20,000 nt of DNA from an uncultured virus (IMG/VR IMGVR_UViG_3300013131_000038) (IMGVR_UViG_3300013131_000038:56482-76481), one strand, 5' to 3'; shown: positions 8,794 to 17,340, counted from the stretch's first letter. Numbers and translations: made by a program. Notes: generated from the sequence alone by a model not told the origin.

Positions 8794-11759
8794 TAGAATA
8801 TAGATGGGAGTGACTGAATCGGAGGAACGCTTCTCTCGATGCTTTCGTTTTGCGTTGACAAGAAAGTAACGCCAACACGAATTGTCGGAGACAAATACTT
8901 ATTCACTCCCTTTGTAATCTCACACTGCCAGAAAGAAACATACTTAGCGTAGCCTGTGTCTTCACGTTCCGAAGTGAACGTCACTAGTCTTTGGCTGTCT
9001 GCTTGAACTGCCGCAAGATCGATAACTTCAGAAGCGAATGCTCCTGTGCCGGAAAATGCTGTAGAGTTCTTTAAGAACACTGTGCCAACTGTTGCCGACG
9101 TTGCGCCAACACTAGTCCAATTAGCTGCCGTGCCGACAACATTGATTCTGTACTTCTTGCCAGCGACCATTGAAGATGCGGCGATATCTCCGCGTTGTGT
9201 ATAGATCGGAGAATTTGGAGCGATCAAATTAGAATCGGTCTTGCGGTTGAGAAGCTGATTTTCTCCAACCACAGTGAACGAAGCCGCGCCAGTCTTTCTG
9301 TAAGAAATCTTAATCTTGTTTCTGCCGACACCAGTTCTAAGTCTGGCGTAAATTCTATGATATCCGCTCGTTAGCGTAACGGGCGAAACTGTTGGAGACG
9401 AGTCTACGTCGTGACTCGACGCTAAGATTCCGTTAACGTACAAATCGGCAAAAGCGTCGTTTGTTTCGAGACATTCGATCTTAAAGTCGTAAGAATTTAC
9501 TGGCGCGACCTTTCCGTTTCCAGTTGCAGCAGTCGCGTTCTTTGTAAACGTCATGCCAACAACAGGAGGAACCGAGCCAACGCCAATCGTTGACCACTGA
9601 GCGGAAGTGCCAACTTTTGTAATCTCGTAAACAGTGCCGCTATTCGCTGAAATAACGCTAATTTCTCTCACAGCTAGCGGATCGGTCGAGATGATGTCGG
9701 TGTTCTTGTTTAATGGGATATAGAAGTAGCCCAAAAATTCGAGCGTGTAGTTGCCGACATCAGAAGCGTTACTGTTGATCTCTGAAATATTTACTGCCGA
9801 GAAGTCGCCAGTATAGAGGTTTTGATTGATTGGCAACTTGACATAACTCAAATAAGTGTCGAAAGTGCCAGACGCTGTTGGAATAGTTTCCGCTGTCCAG
9901 AAAGAGCTGTCAGTAGGCAACTTGCCCTGAGCATTAGACGTTGCGCGGTAAATTTGCTCTCTGATCGGTGGGATAAATAGTGACCAGAAATTATTCACTC
10001 CGCTAGTAAACAATTTTACAACGGCGCTGATTTTTGTTTGATCTAGGATATCGGCGCTTTCTGCAACTACCGTGTAAGTTTCGGAACCGCTAGGCGATCC
10101 GCTCAACGTATAAGTAAAGGTCGTGTCGCTCGTTGTTGTGATCGTGTACGTTCCGTTAGGATCTACTGCGCCAGTCAAGTTTGCAATCTGCGCCGAAGTT
10201 CCCGTGATTTCCGAAAGAACAATCGGATTGAAAGGAGTGGCCGAGTTTCCAAGAGTGATCGTCACTACCGCATTGCTGCGAGTTGCGCTTGCAATATACG
10301 ACTTAGCGAGTGGAGGGTGCGTGTTTAACACCGCTCTACCAGCGGTTACTGTATAAGTTTCCGTTCCCGTATCCAAAGTAGCTAATGTGTAAGTGAATTG
10401 ATTTGCGGCAGTTACGGTAATATTGTAGTAGCCGTTTGCATCAACATTGCCAGTGCTCAGTCCAGAGATCGTCGCTTTGAAGTTGCTTGCGAAATTATGA
10501 TTCGAAGAAGTCGTAATGGTTACGGTTGCTCCAGATCGACTCGCCGCCGAGATAGTTGCGTCGGCGGGAATACTCGTTGTGCATCTAAAGAAAATGCTAC
10601 TTAACGTAACAATTTCTCCGCTAACGTATCGAGTGTTATTGTCCCAAGCCGATTTTGGCAACGCCTCGAATTGCGATGGCCCCCAAATAACCAAAGAGTT
10701 AGTCGGGTATAAAATCATGTAATTCGAATCGGTGCGGTTTTGCGCAGCGTTCGAAATTAATTGAAACTCTTGCGGGCGAGCGAAACGATAGAGCGCACCT
10801 TCAGAAAACGAGTAAGAATTTTCCTGCTGAATCGCGCTCTTTGTCGAATCTGAAGAAGACAATTGCTTCCATTTGTACGTCAAATCTTCATTGTACGTTG
10901 ACAGATTTGGGTTCGAAATAATCTCACCGTCTTGCTTTACTCGAAGCTCAACGATGTTAGACGAAACTTTTTTAGCGGACTTCGTAACGATATCAATGTA
11001 CGACTGCGAGAGAGAAACATCGACAACTGAAACCGCATCTTCGAATACGGCAGTTTGATTCGAACGATACCCGTCGATTTCAAGTTCATCAATACCTTCG
11101 TAAGCTGGGATAGCGTCAATCGGCCTTGAAGTTGGCGTCATCAAAGCCTTCACATCGTAATTTAAACGATAATTATTGATCGAGGCGCTGATTTGCGAGC
11201 TGCCGATGATTAGTCTGCCATAGCCAACTGGAACGGCTTGACCTTGAGAAGTGTTGCTCGGCTTGCTTCCGAAAAGATAAGACTTGCCGCCCGCAGAAAC
11301 TTCTTGATTAAAGTCAGGTTTGGGCGTTGGGAATAATAATCCCATGACGCCCTGCGTCAATAATGCAGCACCAACAAGTATACCGGCTTTCGCAGCAGTT
11401 CCACTGAGAATTGCTAAACCACCAGCAGCACCGAATCCGCCCGAGATTGTGATAAGCGCAACAGCCGCGACAATCAAAAGAATATTCTTTACGCTATCTC
11501 CAGCGCCCCACACCACAGGAACCAAATGAATTTCTTGTGGCGTTTTAATGATGTCGAGTTCGAGAGGATCTTCGATAACTTGATCATCAACAACGATTCT
11601 GTAAAATACACCTTTCGCCGCCAGCTTCTTTAACGCGGCCAAAAAGCCGCGACGATTTGCATTGATCGCAGTAAACGCTTCTCTTGGTTTCGAAATGTTG
11701 TATCGAAACTCATGACCAAACAAGTTGCGTAGTTCGCCGTATAGATAAATGTTAGTCAT
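8793..11759 (-). CDS. Lambda gpI-like tail assembly protein (ubiquitin-like N-terminus) with ~790-aa multi-domain C-terminal extension
   Basis: N-terminal IYLYGELRNLFG...EIHLVPVVWGAG, then a Gly/Ala hydrophobic stretch, SYLF and QGQAVPVGYGRLIIGS, all typical of gpI. Located between the K-like and J-like genes. Confidence 0.88.
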   Translation of the reverse strand: MTNIYLYGELRNLFGHEFRYNISKPREAFTAINANRRGFLAALKKLAAKGVFYRIVVDDQVIEDPLELDIIKTPQEIHLVPVVWGAGDSVKNILLIVAAVALITISGGFGAAGGLAILSGTAAKAGILVGAALLTQGVMGLLFPTPKPDFNQEVSAGGKSYLFGSKPSNTSQGQAVPVGYGRLIIGSSQISASINNYRLNYDVKALMTPTSRPIDAIPAYEGIDELEIDGYRSNQTAVFEDAVSVVDVSLSQSYIDIVTKSAKKVSSNIVELRVKQDGEIISNPNLSTYNEDLTYKWKQLSSSDSTKSAIQQENSYSFSEGALYRFARPQEFQLISNAAQNRTDSNYMILYPTNSLVIWGPSQFEALPKSAWDNNTRYVSGEIVTLSSIFFRCTTSIPADATISAASRSGATVTITTSSNHNFASNFKATISGLSTGNVDANGYYNITVTAANQFTYTLATLDTGTETYTVTAGRAVLNTHPPLAKSYIASATRSNAVVTITLGNSATPFNPIVLSEITGTSAQIANLTGAVDPNGTYTITTTSDTTFTYTLSGSPSGSETYTVVAESADILDQTKISAVVKLFTSGVNNFWSLFIPPIREQIYRATSNAQGKLPTDSSFWTAETIPTASGTFDTYLSYVKLPINQNLYTGDFSAVNISEINSNASDVGNYTLEFLGYFYIPLNKNTDIISTDPLAVREISVISANSGTVYEITKVGTSAQWSTIGVGSVPPVVGMTFTKNATAATGNGKVAPVNSYDFKIECLETNDAFADLYVNGILASSHDVDSSPTVSPVTLTSGYHRIYARLRTGVGRNKIKISYRKTGAASFTVVGENQLLNRKTDSNLIAPNSPIYTQRGDIAASSMVAGKKYRINVVGTAANWTSVGATSATVGTVFLKNSTAFSGTGAFASEVIDLAAVQADSQRLVTFTSEREDTGYAKYVSFWQCEITKGVNKYLSPTIRVGVTFLSTQNESIERSVPPIQSLPSIF

Positions 11760-12114
11760 AACGTTTCTTTAACATATCAACGTATTCTTTCTTAACGTGC
11801 GATACCTTGGGCATCACCAAGTTGAATTCTTGAGTCTGCTTGCTGTAAATAAGATAAGGAATGCAAGAATTGTCGCAATTGAACTGGTCGAACTTCGACT
11901 CGTCTTCGCCCGTCTTTGGGTGCGAGTGATAGATCGCAACAAGATTACCCGAACGAATCTTCTTCAAGATTTCGAGCGGATGAATCTCAAATATATTATC
12001 GGCGTAAGTGGCAATGTTCTTCGCTGGCTCAGTTTTCAGTTCGCCGTTCTCAACGGTTACGAATCCGCAAACTTCCAAATCGGACGATAAAGCGTGTTCA
12101 ACGATTGTAGTCAT
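11752..12114 (-). CDS. Lambda gpK-like JAB/MPN+ (JAMM) metalloprotease, stand-alone with no NlpC/P60 domain
   Basis: EVCGFV plus HSHPKTGEDESKFD, an intact E...HxH-x7-S-x2-D JAMM motif. Located between L and I. Confidence 0.9.
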   Translation of the reverse strand: MTTIVEHALSSDLEVCGFVTVENGELKTEPAKNIATYADNIFEIHPLEILKKIRSGNLVAIYHSHPKTGEDESKFDQFNCDNSCIPYLIYSKQTQEFNLVMPKVSHVKKEYVDMLKKRYD

Positions 12115-13094
12115 TACTGATTAAAATTGATCGGGTACTCCTCGGTTCCCGGAAACCCACCGAACGGTAATTCTGCATTTTCACCAAAGCGCAGCTTGCA
12201 GCCGCCGATAGACTTTGAGCACTGATCTGCCATCCAGAACTCTTTATTGATAGATGGATTTTTGCCTGCGGTAGCAGTATGAGCCTTAACGCAAATATAG
12301 AACTTTTGAAGCGGTTTCCAGTTTGGGTTCGCGTTGATATTCTCTTCCGAGACTTTTACATTCGTGTTTTCAACGTAAACGTAGTCGGCTATCGAGTAGC
12401 TTGTGCCGGGCGTCCAGCGTCCTTTATTCACTTTGGTTGCTAAAGACGTTGACGTGCCAGCTTCAATATTGATAGCATTCTCGAACAATTGATTATTATC
12501 GTCAGCTACTGGAGGACCATTGAATCCGCATCCGTTGCCGCGATAATGAAACGAACAGTAACGCGACATTACGATACGCTTCGGGAACGTGACGCTATCG
12601 AGTTCAAGAGGCGAAGCGAGTTCAAGCTCAACGATTGCCCGATTTTCGGACGAACGGCGCAGAACGAAAAAGACTTGATCTTCTAGCCCAGCAGTTGCAT
12701 CTGCGGCACCGTATGGATTCTTCGAGTCCGAAAAGTTAACGTTGTCCAAGAACTTAAGGAACGTTCTCTTACGGACAACTTTTGCGCCAATAAGGTTGTT
12801 ATAACGGCGAATAAGGTTCGAAACAAAGAAGTCTTGGTTCGAAATAGTTAGTTTCGGGCGCGGAAGCGAGCCGTCACCCTTGGTCTCGAAGCCTGAGCTT
12901 TGGATCGGAAATGGCAAATACTCCTGACCTTGCCAGTAGATCGAACCGTTTATCCCATTTGTGCCGCCATGAATGTAAAGTTGTTGGTCAGGTTGATTAA
13001 CGTAGTCGTAATAAATAACAAAAAACTCCAAAAGAGCCGTTGGCTCTAGTGAAAAAAGCTCCGCATTGACTTTCTGGTTAGACTCCCTTGACAT
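12114..13094 (-). CDS. Lambda gpL-like minor tail (tail tip) protein
   Basis: IYWQGQEYLPFPIQSSGFE, LPRPKLTISN, GAKVVRKRTFLKFLD, ELELASPLEL, four cysteines (CSFHYRGNGC ... CSKSIGGC; Fe-S ligands in lambda L) and terminal LPFGGFPG. Confidence 0.93.
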   Translation of the reverse strand: MSRESNQKVNAELFSLEPTALLEFFVIYYDYVNQPDQQLYIHGGTNGINGSIYWQGQEYLPFPIQSSGFETKGDGSLPRPKLTISNQDFFVSNLIRRYNNLIGAKVVRKRTFLKFLDNVNFSDSKNPYGAADATAGLEDQVFFVLRRSSENRAIVELELASPLELDSVTFPKRIVMSRYCSFHYRGNGCGFNGPPVADDNNQLFENAINIEAGTSTSLATKVNKGRWTPGTSYSIADYVYVENTNVKVSEENINANPNWKPLQKFYICVKAHTATAGKNPSINKEFWMADQCSKSIGGCKLRFGENAELPFGGFPGTEEYPINFNQ

Positions 13095-13123
13095 TTCCTT
13101 TTACCTTTAGATTATATTACACC
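13095..13123 (-). promoter_or_regulatory. Candidate promoter and RBS for the tail-tip operon within a 30-bp divergent intergenic region
   Basis: Minus strand reads GGTGTAA-TATAAT-CTAAAGGTAAAAGGAA-ATG: a perfect TATAAT (13111-13116), no recognisable -35, and a purine-rich SD-like stretch. Confidence 0.45.
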
Positions 13124-13124
13124 G

Positions 13125-13604
13125 ATGAGCGATAAAAACCAGATAAAAATCGAGGGTTCAGAAGCCGCTCAGATGCGACTCAACGATATTCCCGATGTTT
13201 TGAGGCTGGCGACCAAAGCTCAGGCTCAATTCAAACTTTTCCCGATAGACTCGCCATCAACGATTTTGAGGGAAATATCACTTGTTTTGCAGAAAAACTT
13301 TAGAAATTCCGTCATTTTCCACGCAGAAGACGAAGTTGTCGCTGCGTTCATTTTACGCGCCGAGACGAGCGTTTCGGCAGAACTCGTTTACAGTTTCACG
13401 TCGTCGGAAGAGCTTTTGACAGCAGAAATGGCCGAAAAGTTTAAAAAAACGCTGACAAAACTAGGATTTTTGGTAATAAATGCGAAAATTCAAACTAGCC
13501 GTAGAGACCTTGACTCGCTTTTAACGTTTTTAAAAGATGTTGGTTTCAATGAGATTTCGAGCGAAAACGATGCTTTCGTGTCAATTCGCATCAGAATAGC
13601 TTGA
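13125..13604 (+). CDS. Hypothetical protein, possible GNAT-fold acetyltransferase-like
   Basis: Begins QMRLNDIPDVLRL, has a VVAAFIL strand and ends LTFLKDVGFNE, following the GNAT secondary-structure pattern. No clear acetyl-CoA-binding R/QxxGxG/A motif. Confidence 0.45.
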   Translation: MSDKNQIKIEGSEAAQMRLNDIPDVLRLATKAQAQFKLFPIDSPSTILREISLVLQKNFRNSVIFHAEDEVVAAFILRAETSVSAELVYSFTSSEELLTAEMAEKFKKTLTKLGFLVINAKIQTSRRDLDSLLTFLKDVGFNEISSENDAFVSIRIRIA

Positions 13605-13632
13605 CTTTTCGTTAAAAACGATAAGATTTGCG
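13601..13632 (+). promoter_or_regulatory. Candidate sigma70-like promoter TTGACT-N15-TAAGATTTGCG
   Basis: Intergenic, immediately before ATG 13635. A near-identical motif occurs at 18783-18815. Confidence 0.55.
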
Positions 13633-13634
13633 GA

Positions 13635-14012
13635 ATGAAGTTCGACAGGCTCGTTCAGCTTGCCCGCAATCTTGTTATCTACGATAATATCGATTTGCGC
13701 TGCCGTCATTTCGCTTTTATCCTCGATAAGAAGCGGATCATTGCTATCGGCAAGAACTCAAAAAAGTCTCACCCGATTAACCACAAGTACGGTTACTTCG
13801 ACGGTTCTGGACTGCACGCCGAAGCGTGCGCAGTTATCAAGTCGGGTCACATTGACCACTCGAAACACACGCTCGTCACGTTTCGCATCGACCGAAACGA
13901 TAAGGTCGCGATGGGTAAACCGTGCAAGCATTGCGAAAAACTTCTAAAAGATGTTGAATTTAAGAATATTTTCTATTCTAATGAAGAGGGAGAGTTCGTT
14001 CGCGCCAAATGA
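13635..14012 (+). CDS. Cytidine/dCMP deaminase-superfamily Zn-dependent deaminase
   Basis: RHFAFI..IIAIGKN, LHAE and KPCKHC zinc-binding/catalytic motifs. Confidence 0.88.
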   Translation: MKFDRLVQLARNLVIYDNIDLRCRHFAFILDKKRIIAIGKNSKKSHPINHKYGYFDGSGLHAEACAVIKSGHIDHSKHTLVTFRIDRNDKVAMGKPCKHCEKLLKDVEFKNIFYSNEEGEFVRAK

Positions 14013-14998
14013 ATATTTTAATTATCGAAGCTACTAGCAAACGCAAGCCGCTTGCAGAAGACTACAGCGACACGTCAATCGTTCACTGCCGCAACAGCAT
14101 TATCTTAAAGAACGCTCTAGGAGCCGATCTTCTTGACGGGGAGTACGCACTACCCCAAGTGCTCGAAAAGCAGTATGACGTGATTATATGCGCCTACGCT
14201 TCGCCTTATATGCCGCACGTTCCGTACCGCGAGATCATCAAGAAGAACCCGAAGGCTCGGTACATTTGGCTCGTTAACGATCACGACATCGAAGACAATC
14301 AACTTTTGCGTTGGGGCGTCATTGAAATGGGCCTCAAGTACGACATGATCTGCAACAATCCGCGAAACGGATATCGGCACTGGATCTTGAACAAGAACAT
14401 CGCAAATAAGAAATTGAACGACTTTATTGGCGAGTGGCTCACGGTAAATCTCAACTCGCTGATCATGGACGACTTTGCTCCCGTAGACTTGACTGCCAAG
14501 AGCGGGATCATTTACTACGGTACTTACAGAAAGTGGCGTCAGAATTCTTTCGAGCGTTTTTTGACAAAAGGAGTTACGCTCTCGGCTTCGAACAAAAATT
14601 GGAAAAAATTTCAAGCAATCAATTGCGATTGCAATTACATCCCGAAGCTAGAGTGGACAAAGAACAACGAAGATTTACGCAAATATAAATATTCGATATA
14701 CATGGAAGACGTGCATACTCGCGACAATTATGCCTATCTCGCAAATCGCTTCTACGAAGGATTAATGGCAGACACGGTCGTGTTGTTCGACTCGGAATGC
14801 AAAAACACAATCGAGAAGTGCGGGTACTCGTTGTCCGAGAACGTTATCGTCACGCCAGAAAAATTATCGATTGGCTTGACGAACTACGTTGAAACGCTCA
14901 ACTTTGAAACTGAATTAAACCATCAGCGGTCATTTCTCGTTAAAGCTTACGGCGAAAAGCGAGACACGATCAACCAAATAAAAGATTTTATTAAATGA
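14009..14998 (+). CDS. GT-B glycosyltransferase resembling T4 DNA beta-glucosyltransferase
   Basis: IIYYGTYRKWR...FL and IYMED..TRDNYAYLANRFYEGLMADTVVLFDSE parallel T4 BGT as recalled (VIYGGSFRSGQR..FL; LIIGD..YNDNFITLRVWETMASDAVMLIDEE). Similar length (329 aa); ATGA overlap with the deaminase. Confidence 0.72.
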   Translation: MNILIIEATSKRKPLAEDYSDTSIVHCRNSIILKNALGADLLDGEYALPQVLEKQYDVIICAYASPYMPHVPYREIIKKNPKARYIWLVNDHDIEDNQLLRWGVIEMGLKYDMICNNPRNGYRHWILNKNIANKKLNDFIGEWLTVNLNSLIMDDFAPVDLTAKSGIIYYGTYRKWRQNSFERFLTKGVTLSASNKNWKKFQAINCDCNYIPKLEWTKNNEDLRKYKYSIYMEDVHTRDNYAYLANRFYEGLMADTVVLFDSECKNTIEKCGYSLSENVIVTPEKLSIGLTNYVETLNFETELNHQRSFLVKAYGEKRDTINQIKDFIK

Positions 14999-15294
14999 AA
15001 GCTACTGTTCGTTTCGTTATCTCAAGCGTCTCGGCGTCCGAAATCGGCATTGATTTTCGCGAACTCTACGTCGTCGAACTAAACGATTATCAATTCGAAG
15101 GAGCCGAAGGTGGACAATATGTGACTTGTAAAATCGTTAATACCAATAAATTCGCGCCGTTTCTTCTTGAAATCGCAGAGATTTCTTTCTGCGCCCATTC
15201 TTTAGTGATTCGCGCATGGTTCGTTTACAACTTCGAGAAAGAGAAAGAGTCTCGTTTATTTCGCGGTTCACTAGAAATTCGAGGAATTCACTAA
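14995..15294 (+). CDS. Hypothetical protein
   Basis: 99-aa ORF abutting both neighbours; no motif recognised. Confidence 0.6.
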   Translation: MKATVRFVISSVSASEIGIDFRELYVVELNDYQFEGAEGGQYVTCKIVNTNKFAPFLLEIAEISFCAHSLVIRAWFVYNFEKEKESRLFRGSLEIRGIH

Positions 15295-15295
15295 T

Positions 15296-15514
15296 ATGAA
15301 TCGATACGCTATTCTCAAAGATATTATTGTTCAAGCCGATTGCCCAATCGAAGACAGGTCTAGCGACCGAGTTGTTTTGCCGAGCGGTGAAGAAATTCCG
15401 GTTTACGGAGAAACATTCGACTTGTTCGACGCATCTCTTCGTTACTGGACAACTGGCAGCGGCTGGGTGTTAAAAATCACCGATAACGACTTACCTTACT
15501 TTAAAAAGATTTAA
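15296..15514 (+). CDS. Hypothetical protein
   Basis: 72-aa ORF with 1-nt gaps to both neighbours and GAGGA 10 nt upstream. Confidence 0.6.
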   Translation: MNRYAILKDIIVQADCPIEDRSSDRVVLPSGEEIPVYGETFDLFDASLRYWTTGSGWVLKITDNDLPYFKKI

Positions 15515-15515
15515 T

Positions 15516-16172
15516 ATGATAACAAAAGAAGAAAGCGAGAAAAAAGTTTTTTCCGAATTTTTGCTTGTTAAAAACAGCGCTGAAAAAATTCTTGGCAAAA
15601 CAATCAAAAACGAAGAGTTTAAACGGGCTATTGCCGACGTATCCAAAAAGATTATTGTTTTGGCGCGAAATAAAGAAGATAAAGATAATACGCTAGTCGA
15701 TGACATAAAAGCGTTTATCGAATTTTTTGACAATTGCAAGCATCTTCTCAGGAATACTGTTTGGAACGAGATACAAGAAAAGCATCTTAAAATCGAAATT
15801 TCTTACGAATCGAAAGCTATTTCGAGTTGGAAAATTCCAATCGAAATGATGTTCTCTCATCCAGAGTCGTTCGAGGTCGGTATGCCGACACTAATCGAAA
15901 GCTTCGAAGACGTGTTTCTTTATTCGTGTCTCGACCCGTCTTACCGTCAACGAATCATGCAGGGCGACGATCAAGCGATCAAGATCTTGTACTCTGTATT
16001 CCAAAATAACGGGACAAGCAGTTGCTCCGCGATTCAGCTAATGATCAAAGAAAATTTCCCCGAGTTTTACGATCACATCACGAAAAAACTCGATGTAATG
16101 AAGTTCGAGGAAATTCCCGAGGAATCGAAAGCTAAAAAAGGGAGAAAACGCAAGCAGGTGAAACACAAATAA
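15516..16172 (+). CDS. Hypothetical protein, helical, with basic C-terminal tail
   Basis: 218-aa ORF in operon context, ending KAKKGRKRKQVKHK. Confidence 0.7.
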   Translation: MITKEESEKKVFSEFLLVKNSAEKILGKTIKNEEFKRAIADVSKKIIVLARNKEDKDNTLVDDIKAFIEFFDNCKHLLRNTVWNEIQEKHLKIEISYESKAISSWKIPIEMMFSHPESFEVGMPTLIESFEDVFLYSCLDPSYRQRIMQGDDQAIKILYSVFQNNGTSSCSAIQLMIKENFPEFYDHITKKLDVMKFEEIPEESKAKKGRKRKQVKHK

Positions 16173-16176
16173 TATT

Positions 16177-16827
16177 GTGCCATATCTAAACGCCAATATT
16201 CCCGTTTTCGCGGCCTACGTCAAAAGCGATTTTTTCTACAACAACACCAACACAAAGACAGACTATGTTCTTTGCGAAGTGTTTGGAATCACTAGTTTAA
16301 CGCGACGATGCCTCACGTTTCAAATAATGACCGAGTACGGATCGCGACACGACCGAGTGCCGATTCACTATCTCGTTAACGAGCCTGAGCACAGCAATCT
16401 TCCGTTAGACTGGCTCCAGCTTTGGGACTGTTTCTCTTACAACTTATCGGTTACTCGTTGGGAATATCACAAGAACGCTCAAGTTAAAATTCAATTAAAG
16501 AATCATGAATGGATCAAAGGTAAATACTTATTTACAATCGATTGGCACGACAATCCCGATGCGGCGTATGGCTACAGCGAGATGGCGGGCGGTCACAAGT
16601 GCGGTCACGTCATTTGGGGCGTTTCTGACAAAGACGGGAAGCCAGTTAACCAACTTTTTTGCCAGCCCAACAACCGTGTCGTCTGGTCGGACGGCGGCGC
16701 GTTCATCTCGAAAAAGCTCGAAAAGCCGGATTGGAAAGTCTTCACGCAAGAGTTTTCGTGCGAAGGCGGCACGAAATGGGTAGCCGAAGATAACTGGGAC
16801 CATTTTTACCAGTTCAAAGAAGAATGA
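16177..16827 (+). CDS. Conserved phage protein of unknown function (GTG start)
   Basis: YLNANIP..., LQLWDCFSY, GKYLFTIDW, HKCGH and QPNNRV are motifs I recognise from a family widespread in aquatic phages. Confidence 0.75.
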   Translation: MPYLNANIPVFAAYVKSDFFYNNTNTKTDYVLCEVFGITSLTRRCLTFQIMTEYGSRHDRVPIHYLVNEPEHSNLPLDWLQLWDCFSYNLSVTRWEYHKNAQVKIQLKNHEWIKGKYLFTIDWHDNPDAAYGYSEMAGGHKCGHVIWGVSDKDGKPVNQLFCQPNNRVVWSDGGAFISKKLEKPDWKVFTQEFSCEGGTKWVAEDNWDHFYQFKEE

Positions 16828-17309
16828 TCGAGGTCCAAATAAGTAAAGATATGATCGAAGAGGCTCTGTTCCGAGCCTCGCGAGTTCCCGCTTTGCGCAA
16901 CTCGGACACTCAGAATCACGGCACGAAAATTGCCGCTCTGAGCGACTTGATGGTGCAAAAAACTTGGGGCGGCAGGATCGTATCCGACATGAGTTTCGAC
17001 TTCGACTGGATTTCTCCGAAGCTTTTTTTATTCGAAATTAAAGCGAAAGAGCGAAACGTTGTGCCGCAACCTTGGCACAACTGCGCCGTTAAAGAGTACA
17101 ACACTCAGCAGAAGTGCGATTATTACTTGTTTACGAGCATCTTTGGTGATTACAGCCGAGGCTGGATTCTAGGCTACGTTTCAAAAGAAGCGTTTTTCAA
17201 GCAAGCGAGGTTCTTTGAGAAGGGTCAAATTGACGACGATCCTCGCGGAGACAAGTACGTCTTTCCATCTAATTGCTACAATTTAAAAATCGAAGAATTG
17301 ATCTGTTGA
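16824..17309 (+). CDS. Phage protein with PD-(D/E)XK nuclease-like motif
   Basis: DFD...FEIKAK, followed by QKCDYYLF, WILGY and CYNLKI. ATGA overlap with the upstream gene. Confidence 0.6.
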   Translation: MIEVQISKDMIEEALFRASRVPALRNSDTQNHGTKIAALSDLMVQKTWGGRIVSDMSFDFDWISPKLFLFEIKAKERNVVPQPWHNCAVKEYNTQQKCDYYLFTSIFGDYSRGWILGYVSKEAFFKQARFFEKGQIDDDPRGDKYVFPSNCYNLKIEELIC

Positions 17310-17340
17310 CAAGCGACGAATTGTCCGATCTTCTCAAACC

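Noticed and set aside
13088..13118. Plus-strand TTGACA promoter for the GNAT-like gene
   Set aside because: The best -10 (TATATT) is 19 nt away and the hexamer overlaps the gpL start codons, so it may be coincidental.
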